In this document: in pieces, positions 49,501 to 58,300 of the stretch
How positions within the stretch are numbered: position 1 is the stretch's first letter
Layout: each line of letters begins with the position of its first letter
NCBI GenBank assembly: GCA_041752695.1
Contig: JBGSVZ010000066.1
Coordinates: 60,239 to 124,238, forward strand
DNA: 64,000 nucleotides
Reading direction: 5' to 3'
Origin: Terrimicrobiaceae bacterium
GTDB lineage: Bacteria > Verrucomicrobiota > Verrucomicrobiia > Chthoniobacterales > Terrimicrobiaceae
Notes under the pieces: model-generated
Told to the model about the DNA's origin: nothing
Seen by the model: only the letters and a program-made list of their open reading frames with translations
Databases searched by the model: none
Program-made: the position numbers and the translations under genes

Positions 49501-49851
49501 GAGGAGGGAAATGTCGTTGTCGGACAACTTGAGGTTGCGACCACCAGCCACTTGTTCCGCCAGCTTTTCCGCGACGGAATGAGCGACATTGGCGACCAGG
49601 CCGCGGTTTTCTTCGTTGAAGATGTCTTTTTCCTCGCGCGACAGAAGGAGGTCGGTGAGGGCGTTGCCGATTTCGTCGGCCACGTCCGCGAGGTTGAAAA
49701 TGTGTTCCTCGCTGCCCCGGGTGACTTTGATTTCCGGACGTTCGACCGGGTCGAGAACTTCGCGCCAGGCGTAATCCGGTTTCTGATTGCGCGGAGTGGT
49801 GACAACGCGCTTAAGGACGACGTCTTCTTCGAGGGTGAGTTTGCGGATCAT
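46597..49851 (-). CDS. nrdA: Class I ribonucleotide reductase alpha subunit with multiple N-terminal ATP-cones
   Basis: STPTLFNAG, LSSCY, NQGGKRRGS, SSNLCTEI, VCNLGS, APTATIS, GLKTTYY, C-terminal CEACQ. Confidence 0.96.
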   Translation of the reverse strand: MIRKLTLEEDVVLKRVVTTPRNQKPDYAWREVLDPVERPEIKVTRGSEEHIFNLADVADEIGNALTDLLLSREEKDIFNEENRGLVANVAHSVAEKLAEQVAGGRNLKLSDNDISLLIEKALIENDAHDVAKSLVFSRSARGGISVSDARPAAAPITVRLIRRSGSVVPWIEDKIETAVRKAFLSEKEDAEPAARIARAITERVRNGDRAFVHIEDVQDMVQEELMRQGYYKVAASYVLYRAHRFQQREDEARQADEPQQDSLVVVRRADGQSDFWDGTDLKARIQFAMIGLDLNLDADHIERELRRSIGTETTEEGLRDTIALNAKALIERDADFAKFAGRILLTYIYEEVLDWNIVRNGIEGLKEAHRKAFKSYLRHGVTIERLSPKLLGYQLDKLAEALDPSADLDFDYLGIQTMYDRYLVVDKTRKSARRLETPQFFWMRVAMGLFLEEPKDREDWVVRLYNLYKGRRFCSSTPTLFNAGTLHSQLSSCYLYKIDDSIESIMQRGIAENAYLSKWAGGLGGSWTAVRGTGGYIKGTNGESQGVIPFLKLHNDQLVAVNQGGKRRGSGCAYLETWHNDIEDFLKLRDNVGDERRRTHDLNTANWIPDLFMKRVEARQDWTLFRSNEVPDLHELYGRKFEDRYVHYEKLAAEGKIFGRKIAALEIWKQMLKMLIATGHPWITFKDPCNLRSPQDHTGVIHSSNLCTEITLNTSEDETAVCNLGSVILDSHMKLNGELDLDMLRETITVAVRALDNVIDINFYPTEAAKRSNQRHRPIGLGIMGLQNALFKRNLSFASDEAVDFNDEFMEAIAFFAYGASSDLAAERGTYSSYRGSKWDRGLLPQDTIETLERERGIKIDVPRGGKMDWTPVRDKIKKHGMRNSNVLAIAPTATISNITGTTPCIEPNYKNLFVKENLGGKYTILSSELVRDLKKIGKWDDTMREQIKYFGGELDNVDNIPEEIKKKHLTVFKIPYQFVLDAAARRQKWIDQSQSVNLFMEEPDLKVLSHMYRRAWAVGLKTTYYLRSTGASNIESATTTTKKEVRGVAGGQPAEPKREYTPAEQKACSLEAMRNGEECEACQ

Positions 49852-49886
49852 GGTGGCAGCGGGGCGGGCGGTTTGGGGGCGGAGAA

Positions 49887-50978
49887 TTAAAGGTCGTCGT
49901 CGTCCGCATCCTTGATTGCGGCGGCGCGGCGATAGTCGGTGACTTTGCCTTCGAAGAAATTGGTTTCCTTGCGGAGATCCATCATTTCCGCCAGCCAGGG
50001 GAGGGGGTTGGCGATGGGACCGTTGAGAGGCTGGAGACCGACACCTTCGAGGCGGCGGTCTCCGATGTAGTCAATATAAGTGAGGAATTCATCCTTGGTC
50101 AGTCCGACCGCAGACACCGGCAAACAGTCGGCGATGAAATCCTTTTCCAACCGCACCGCCTCGCGCATGGTGTCGCGCAGGTCTTCGCGGAAATCCTCGG
50201 TCCAGATGTCGGGATTCTCGTCGATCAAATCCATCAACAGGTTGCGAAAAACCTCAATATGATTGCTCTCGTCGCGCAGGGTGTAGCTGAACATCTGCCC
50301 GATGCCGGGGAATTTGGTCTGACGGTAAAGCGCCAGCACCATACCGAAGAGACCGTAAAATTGGGTGCCTTCCATGCACTGGCCAAAGAGGAAAATATTC
50401 TTGGCGAGCGCCTGTTTGTTTTCCAGCAGCGTCAGGTCCACGTCGCGGCGGAGCGAGCGGCTGTTGCTGACGACAAAGTCGGTCTTTTCCTTGATCGTCT
50501 GGATGTCCTCGAACATCGCCTCGCACTCGTGTGGGTTGATGCCGAGAGAGCTGATCATGTAAACCAGCGAGTCCGCGTGGATGTTCTCCTCGTGGGCGTG
50601 CCGGCCGAGGACAAGCTTCAGTTCGGGCGCCGTGACGAGTTCGCGCACGACATGCTGGATATTGTCCCCCACGATGCCTTCCGCGGCTGAAAAATACCCG
50701 ATGGCCATTTTGATGATCCACCGTTCGGTCTCGGAGATTTTGCCCGAGGCGTCGCGCCATTGTTCGATGTCGCGCTGCATCTGGATGTCCTCGGGCTCCC
50801 AGTGGTTCGCCTTCATCGTCTTGTAAAGGTCGTAGGCCCACTGGTATTTGAGAGGGAGGATGTTGAAAAACATCGTCTCCCGGCCATTGATCACGCGTTT
50901 GGCGGCGAACGCTGCTTCCGCTTTGTCGCGGTCGAGCACAAAGTGTCGGTCTCCAATCGTGATTGTCGTTGTGGCCAT
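49887..50978 (-). CDS. nrdB: Ribonucleotide reductase beta subunit with class Ic (R2c) signature
   Basis: NHWEPEDI, FSAAEG, EENIHADSL, MEG, RDESNH, NFFEGKVTDY; ATG at 50978. Confidence 0.93.
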   Translation of the reverse strand: MATTTITIGDRHFVLDRDKAEAAFAAKRVINGRETMFFNILPLKYQWAYDLYKTMKANHWEPEDIQMQRDIEQWRDASGKISETERWIIKMAIGYFSAAEGIVGDNIQHVVRELVTAPELKLVLGRHAHEENIHADSLVYMISSLGINPHECEAMFEDIQTIKEKTDFVVSNSRSLRRDVDLTLLENKQALAKNIFLFGQCMEGTQFYGLFGMVLALYRQTKFPGIGQMFSYTLRDESNHIEVFRNLLMDLIDENPDIWTEDFREDLRDTMREAVRLEKDFIADCLPVSAVGLTKDEFLTYIDYIGDRRLEGVGLQPLNGPIANPLPWLAEMMDLRKETNFFEGKVTDYRRAAAIKDADDDDL

Positions 50979-51109
50979 GGCGGAATGAGTCTGTGTAGGT
51001 GGTTTAAGGGCTGGCGGAGGGGCTCCGCGGGAATCGTTTCCCTGTTTGTTGCCCTTACGTCCAGCGGTGAGGGACAAGATGCAAATAATTGGACTCTCCG
51101 TCAATAAAA

Positions 51110-51156
51110 ACCACATATGGAGTAGGAAAAATTCCAGACACCACAATATGTGGTGG
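51110..51156. promoter_or_regulatory. Tandem NrdR boxes
   Basis: CCACAATATGTGGTGG (51141-51156) matches acaCwAtATaTwGtgt at 12/16; weaker ACCACATATGGAGTAG starts 31 bp earlier (51110). Confidence 0.75.
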
Positions 51157-51265
51157 TTTGGGCGCAAAATCCGCAGAATTGACGTAAAGCACTCAGAGCA
51201 CGGGATTTAGCGAAATGTTGGCAAAAATTGCACCCTGAGACTTTCTCCCGAAAGCCGCGCATTGG

Positions 51266-51281
51266 CCGCTACATCTGGTGG
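51266..51281. promoter_or_regulatory. Third NrdR-box-like site
   Basis: CCGCTACATCTGGTGG keeps the C-w-A-n-A-T-n-T-n-G-t-g core. Confidence 0.45.
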
Positions 51282-51367
51282 CTTTTCCGGGGGTTCCGGG
51301 GTCCCTGATGCGAAACCCGAGGCCATCTCCGGGTTGACCTTACGGGGAGAGGGACTATGGGTTTCTG

Positions 51368-52192
51368 ATGCGACCTGACTCGAAATATCCCTTCCAAGTC
51401 GGTCTCATGGCCGTGACCCTTCTTTTCACGCTCGGGCCAGTTCAAAGCCAGAGTCCCAGCGCGGCGGAAATGTCACAAAAAGCCCTGGCGCTCGACCTGA
51501 AACTGGAAGCCGCCGAATCTTTGGCCCTCTATCTGGAGTTGGAAAAACTGCAGCCGGAAAATCCGGACGTGCTCGTGGGGATCGCCCGCCAGTATCGCCA
51601 TCTCATGCAGGACGCTTCCTCGAAGGACGAAAAAGCCCGCCTGGCGGATCTTGCTCTGGGCTATGGGGAACGGGCCGCGGCGGTGGCGCCGAACGATTCG
51701 GACGCACAGCTCTCGGTGGCCATCACCTTCGGAAAAATTCTCCCGCTCAAGAGCGCCAAGGAACGGGTGGAGATCTCCCGACGCATCAAGACCCACGTGG
51801 ACGCGGCGCTGAAACTCGATACGCGAAACGACCTCGCCTGGCATATTCTCGGACGCTGGCACCAAGGCTACGCAGAAGTCAGCACGGTGAAGAGAGCCCT
51901 CGGGGAGGTGCTTTTCGGCAAGCTGCCGGAGTCGACCTATGCGGACGCGGCGAAGTGTTTCGAGAAAGCCGCTCAAAGCAATCCCAAGCGGCTGATGCAC
52001 GCCATTGAGTTGGGGATCACCTACGCCCGCATGGGCAAAACCGAAGAGGCCCGCGAACTGTTGGAGAAGGGCTTGGCGATGCCCCTGAAAGACAAAGACG
52101 ATCCGGCTATGAAGCAGCGCGGAAAAGAGGAGTTGGGGAAATTGGGCGCCCCAGAGGTTGTGGCCGTCAAGGCGGCTGCGTCTACCGACTGA
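51368..52192 (+). CDS. Secreted tetratricopeptide-repeat protein
   Basis: Signal peptide; TPR-like helices (ALKLDTRNDLAWHILGRW, FEKAAQSNPK..HAIELGITY, ARELLEKGL). Confidence 0.8.
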   Translation: MRPDSKYPFQVGLMAVTLLFTLGPVQSQSPSAAEMSQKALALDLKLEAAESLALYLELEKLQPENPDVLVGIARQYRHLMQDASSKDEKARLADLALGYGERAAAVAPNDSDAQLSVAITFGKILPLKSAKERVEISRRIKTHVDAALKLDTRNDLAWHILGRWHQGYAEVSTVKRALGEVLFGKLPESTYADAAKCFEKAAQSNPKRLMHAIELGITYARMGKTEEARELLEKGLAMPLKDKDDPAMKQRGKEELGKLGAPEVVAVKAAASTD

Positions 52193-52385
52193 AATCCACT
52201 AATCGTCCACAGATTCGGCGGTCGTGCGGTCTGCGGGCCGGCACCATTGTGGGCGTTTCCCTACAAAATTCGACGTTCTGGCATGGGGATGCGCGTGAAG
52301 TTCCTCGCAGAACCGAAGATATACAACTTGCGCGTGCAGGGTTCCAGCGATTAGGACCACGGGCAGTATTTGCCAGAAAATTTGT

Positions 52386-55300
52386 ATGGAAAAAGAAGGT
52401 ATTGCCATTATCGGGGTCGGTTGCCGGTTTCCCGGAGGAATCAACGACACTGCGGCCTTTTGGAAATTGCTGGTCGAAGGCCGCGAAGCCGTCTGTGAGG
52501 TTCCGGCCGACCGGTGGAATGCCGACCGCTTTTACGACCCCGAGCCGGGCATTGTGGGGAAGTCGGTCACGAACCGCGGCGGGTTCATCGAAGGCCTCGA
52601 AGAGTTTGACCCGCAGTTTTTTGGCATCTCGCCCCGGGAGGCCCCTTATGTGGACCCACAACACCGGTTGCTCCTCGAAACGGCCTGGGAGGCCATCGAG
52701 GATGCGGGGGTTGTGCTGGATTTCGAGAAGGGCTCGGATCTCGCGGTTTTTGTCGGGATCTCGCACACGGATTTTCAGGTGATCCAGGGCACGCCCTGGG
52801 ATTGCTCCGGCATCACCGCCCATTCCTCGACCGGTTCCGCCCACAGTATTGCGGCCAATCGCATTTCTTATTGCCTGAATCTGCGCGGTCCGAGCATTGC
52901 GATGGATACGGCCTGTTCCTCAGCCCTGACGGCGGTGCATTCCGCCTGTGAACACATTCGGGCGGGCCGATGCAATTCCGCCCTGGCGGGTGGGGTGACG
53001 GTGATGATCACTCCCGGCGGATTTATCGGATTTTCCCAAGCGTCGATGTTGTCTCCCGAAGGCCGCTGCAAGGCGTTCGACGCTTCGGCGGATGGTTTTG
53101 TCCGCGGTGAGGGCGCGGGGATGGTGCTGCTCAAACGGCTGTCGGATGCCATTGCGGATGGGGACCCCATCCGAGGGGTGATTCTTGGCACAGCGGTCAA
53201 TCAGGACGGTCACACCAACGGGATTTCCTTACCGAGCCCGGAAGCCCAGGCCCGCCTCGTCCGGGAAGCTTGCGCGGATGCGGGCATCGCGCCATCGAGT
53301 GTGGGCTTTGTGGAAGCCCACGGCACTGGCACCGCCGTCGGCGACCCGATTGAGGCCCATGCTCTCGCAGATGCCCTCTGCGTGGATCGTCCCGCGGACG
53401 AACCCCTCGCGATCGGTTCGGTGAAAACCAATCTCGGACACATGGAAACCGCCGCCGGCATCGCCGGGTTGGTCAAGGCCCTGCTGGTGCTCGAACACGG
53501 ACAGATTCCCGGGAGCCTGCACTTCAAAACCCCGAGCACGCATATTGATTTCGAGGCGCTTAAGCTGCGCGTTCCCACCGAGTTGGAACCGTTCCCGGAA
53601 ATGGGCGGAGTCCGTATTGCTGGCGTCAATTCCTTCGGATTTGGCGGGGCCAATGCGCATGTCGTTCTCACGACACCGCCGGTCCAGCCGACTCCGGAAC
53701 ATCCGCTTTCCGAAGAAACCCGCGCCTGGCCGCTGGTCTTTTCCGCACGCTCGGAAAATGCCCTTCGCGCTCTGGCAGGAAATATGGGCGCCTGGATCGA
53801 CGAACACATGAAATCCAACGGCCGCTCGCCGTTGTTGCCCGATCTGGCCCACACCCTGGGGGCCCGCCGCAATCACCATCCGCACCGGCTCACCATGGTG
53901 GCCGCCACCACGGACGAGTTGATCGAGGAACTCCGCGCTTTTGCCGCCGGTGAGGACGTGCAGAAACTCCGGACGAGTTTTTCCCCCCGTCGCGAACACC
54001 CGGCCCGCATCGGCTTCGTCATGAGCGGGCAGGGACCCCAGTGGTGGGGCATGGGGCGCGAACTGATGAAACACGAGCCCGTCTTTCGGCGCGCCATGGA
54101 GCGCTGCGCGAAAGCGTTGAGCCCGTGGACCCAATTTTCGCTGCTCGAAGAATTGGCGCGCGAAGAAAGCGCGTCGCAGTTGTCGCGAACGGAGGTCGCT
54201 CAACCGGCCATTTTTGCCATGCAGGTCTCTCTGGCGGAGCTCTGGAAATCCTGGGGTGTCGTTCCTGCCGCCATTGTCGGACATAGTGTCGGGGAAATCG
54301 CCGCGGCCTGCGTGGCCGGCGTGCTGAGCCTGGAAGAAGCGGCCCGCGTGATTGCGCTGCGGTCGAAATTTATGGAGGAATGCGCCCGGGGCGACGGCAC
54401 CATGCTTGCAGTCGGCCTCAACGAGGACGAGGCTCGAGCGGTCATCCTTCGCCGGGACCGCACGGTGTCCATCGCGGCGTTTAATGGTCCGCGTTCGCTC
54501 ACGCTGTCCGGTCAGCGCGCATCCTTGGAAGCCATCGCGGCCGAACTCGAAGCGGAAGGGGTTTTTGCGCGCTTCGTGCGGGTGGACCATCCGTTCCATC
54601 ACGCCATGATGCAACCTGCCGCGGATTCGCTGCGCGAAGCTCTGGCGGACCTGACTCCCCAAGCTGAGAGTGTGCCTTTTTTCAGCACGGTGACAGGCGG
54701 ACGCTGCGCGGGGGAAACCTGCGACGCGGCGTATTGGGGCAGTGGGATCCGGCAGCCCGTGCTCTTCGCTCCGGCCATCAAAGCCGTTGCGGAGTTCGGT
54801 GTGGATGAATGGCTGGAAATCAGCGCACATCCGGCCCTGGCTATTTCCATTCAGGAGTGCCTCGCGCAAAGCGAGCGCAAAACGCCGGTGCGCTCTTCGA
54901 CGCGCCGGGATCGGGAGCACGAAGCTTTCCTGGAAACCGCGATGGACTTGCACCGAGCCAGCGTGGAGCTGGATTTTGCCACGGCCATGCCATCGCGCAA
55001 TCTCCTCTCCCTGCCTGCCTACGCCTGGGACAAGAGCCGGTGGTGGCACGAGTCCAGCGATTGGCGGGAGGGCCGTCTCGCGCCCGGCGGCCGGGGACTT
55101 CTTGATGTTCGCCTGCCCCGCGCCACCCCGACCTGGATCGCCCGGCTGGACAGCCGCCACATGGCGTTTCTCAAAGATCACAAGGTGGAGAGTCATGTTG
55201 TTTTTCCCGCCGCGGGTTTTGTGGATATGGTGCTCGAAGCAGGCGTGCAGATCTTCGAGGGCCGTCCGTTTGTCATCGAAGATTTTGAAATCCGTCGTCC

Positions 55301-58300
55301 GCTCATCGTGCCGGATCCCCCGTCGGGACTGACGATCGAGATTTCCTACGACCCCGACGCACGCACGTTTTCCATCCAGAGCCGTCAGGGCTCGGCATGG
55401 TCTGCCCACGTCGTCGGTTCAATGCGGGGGGAACGGGTGGAGTCCGAATTTTCCACCATGCCTCGGCCGGATTCCTCCGGACTCGCGCATGTTGGGGTGG
55501 AGGATTTTTACACCCACATGAGCGATCTTGGCCTGCGCTACGGCAGCGAATTTCGCTCCGTCCGCGAACTGGCCGCCTCGGCCGGACAATCGGCGGGACG
55601 GGTCGCCCTTTCGGAATCCAGCGCGAAACGGGCTAGCGAATATCCGCTGCACCCCGTGCTCCTCGACGGCGCACTGCATGTGTTTTCCTCCGGCACCGCC
55701 ACTTTGGAAGGCCGCAAGGGGCGGATGAAACTTCCGGTGCGTTTTGCCCGCATCCAGTTCCTGCGCTCGCCGGGCGCGTCCTGCCTGGTCAATGCCGCGG
55801 TGCGCAACTGCAACGATGAATTGGTCGAGGGCGATATCGCCCTTTACGACGAGTCGGGCGAACCGTGTGTTCTGGTCGAAGGCTTTCGGGCCATCAGCCT
55901 GGCAGCCGCCCGGCGCTCCGGCGCTCCGGGGGGAATTCGCGATTTGATCTACCAAGTGGAATGGGAGCGCACCCCGGCGACCGAAAATGTGGAGAACCTG
56001 GCACCCGTCGCGCTGGATCGATTGCACAAGGCCGCTGGCGACGCGCTGGAGGTCATCATCGCCTCTCGCGGCCGGGAAAAGTTGGAGGCGACTTTGGCCG
56101 CCGAGGACGAACTGGCGGCTGCCCTGATTGCGGATGCCCTGCGCAAAATGGGAACCGGAAAATCCTTCACTGCGGAATCGCTTGGGGTCGCCCCGGCGAT
56201 GAAAGCCGTTTTCGAACGGTTCGCCCGTAACCTCGCCGCACGCGGTGCGCTGAAAGGCGGCCCCGACGGCTGGCGTCCCACAACGGCCTTTCCCAAGCTG
56301 GCTGACCTGGCCGAATCCGCCTTGTTCACCTTCCTTTCGGCGCATCCCGGTCACCTGCCCGAGGGTTTGATGTGCACGAATACCTGTGCGGAACTCCCGG
56401 CCATCCTGCGCGGGGAGAAGGACGCCGTGCAGGTTCTTTTCACCGGACCCGGCGCGGAATTGCTCGATCAATTTTATGGCGACGGCCTTTTCGCCAGCCA
56501 GTGGATGACGGCCATTGCCAGCGCCCTGAAGCTAGCGGTCAGCGAGTTGCCCGAAGGCCGTGGCCTTCGCATCCTGGAAGTCGGTGCCGGCACCGGCGGG
56601 CTCGCCGGACATGTGCTGCCGCTGCTGGAACGAGGCCTCCATTCTTACACGTTTACGGATATCTCGGCGGGCTTCTTCAGCACTGCCGCTCAGAAACTCG
56701 CAAACTTCCCGGAGGTCGAATACAAGGTTTTTGATTTGGAAAAATCCGGAACCGAACAGGATTTCGAACCCGGTTCCTTTGATTTTGTCATTGGCACCAA
56801 CGTAATCCATGCGGTCTCCGATGTGCGCCGCGCCCTCGGGCATGTTCATGAGTTGCTTGCTCCGGGCGGAACCTTTTTCTTCATGGACACGGCGTCGCCC
56901 CAATTGTGGACCGACGCGGTCTTCGGGCTCACCAGTGGTTGGTGGAAGTTCACCGATCATGACTTGCGCACCGAGCATCCGCTGCTGCAGCGCGCCCAAT
57001 GGGAGAAGGTTCTGCGCGATACCGGATTCTGCGAAACTCATTCGCTGCCCGGTCTGCGCTGTCCCCACGGTGGCGAAGGTCAGGTGGCCGTGCTGGCCCG
57101 TAAGGCATGGACGGCACCGCTCCCGCAGTCGGCGACGCTGGAGGCTCCTCCCGAAAAATCCTGGGTCATTTTTGCGAATGCCGGGCTCGGGGACGAACTC
57201 GCGGAGAGTCTGCGGACATCGGGCGCTCGCTGCCGAATCGTCCGGAAGGACTCGGGCACTTCGGAGAAAGACACGTTATTCCTCAAAGCCGGATCACCCG
57301 AGGAATGGGCGAAACTTTTCGCCTCTTTCGCGGGGGACGAACCCCCCGAGCGCTTTGTCTGGCTCTGGAGTCTGGACGAAACCCCGGAGAACCTTTCCCT
57401 GGTGGGAACCGACGCCCTGTTGCATTTCACCCAGGCGCTGGAAAAAACGATGCCGACCGCCAAGCTGCGCATCGATCTGGTGACGCGGGGCGCGCAGCCT
57501 TTGCAGGAAGGCGCCGTGGCGGTCGCCCAGGCCTCTTCCATCGGACTTTTCCGTGTGATGCTCAGCGAGCATCCGCAATACACCTTCCGGGCCATGGACC
57601 TTCCGCCGGTGGTTTCCCCTGCGGACGCGGGGTTGGTATGGCGCGAGTTGCAACGCACCGATCCCGAGCGCGAGGTCGCCTTCCGCGGCGAGGCCCGGTA
57701 TGTGCAGCGCATCGCGCGGGGTATCCCTGCGGCCGAGCAATGGCTCGACGCCTCGGTTCCGCTCCGCCTGGAGTCCCGCGATCGCGGCATTCTCGACGCC
57801 CTGCGGTTTGCGCCTTTTGCTCTGCCGGTGTGCGGCCCGGGGGAGGTGTTGATTCAGGTCAAAGCCGCCGGCATGAACTTCCGCGACGTGTTAAAAGCAC
57901 TCGCGCTTTATCCGGCGGAAACGGCCGACGCCAGGATCTACGGCGACGAGGTCGGCGGGATCGTGCAAGCGGTCGGCGAGGGGGTCACGCATGTTGCCCC
58001 CGGCGACCGTGTTTTCGGCATTGCCGTCTTTGGTCTTGCCACGCATACGATGGCGAGGGGAGGGGACGTACGGAAGATTCCCGAGGGCCTTTCTTTCGAG
58101 GAGGCGGCAACGTTGCCGGTCGTTTTCATGACCGCCTGGCACGCCCTGCACAACGTGGCGCGGATGCGGAAGGGCGAGACAATTCTTGTTCATGCCGGGG
58201 CCGGCGGTGTTGGGATGGCAGCCATTCAGATCGCGCTGCATCTTGGCGCCGAAGTCTTCGCCACGGCGGGCAGTCCGGCCAAACGCGCGTTGCTCAAAAC

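Noticed and set aside
46597..49851. Intein as the cause of the long NrdA
   Set aside because: The extra length is N-terminal and cone-like; the catalytic motifs are contiguous and no intein ends were seen
53229..55409. Long antisense or alternative-frame ORFs (also 1366-2916, 23891-25069, 42861-44099, 48391-49890, 57107-58477, 58587-59846)
   Set aside because: They overlap well-supported genes, have no recognisable motifs and are expected shadows in high-GC DNA
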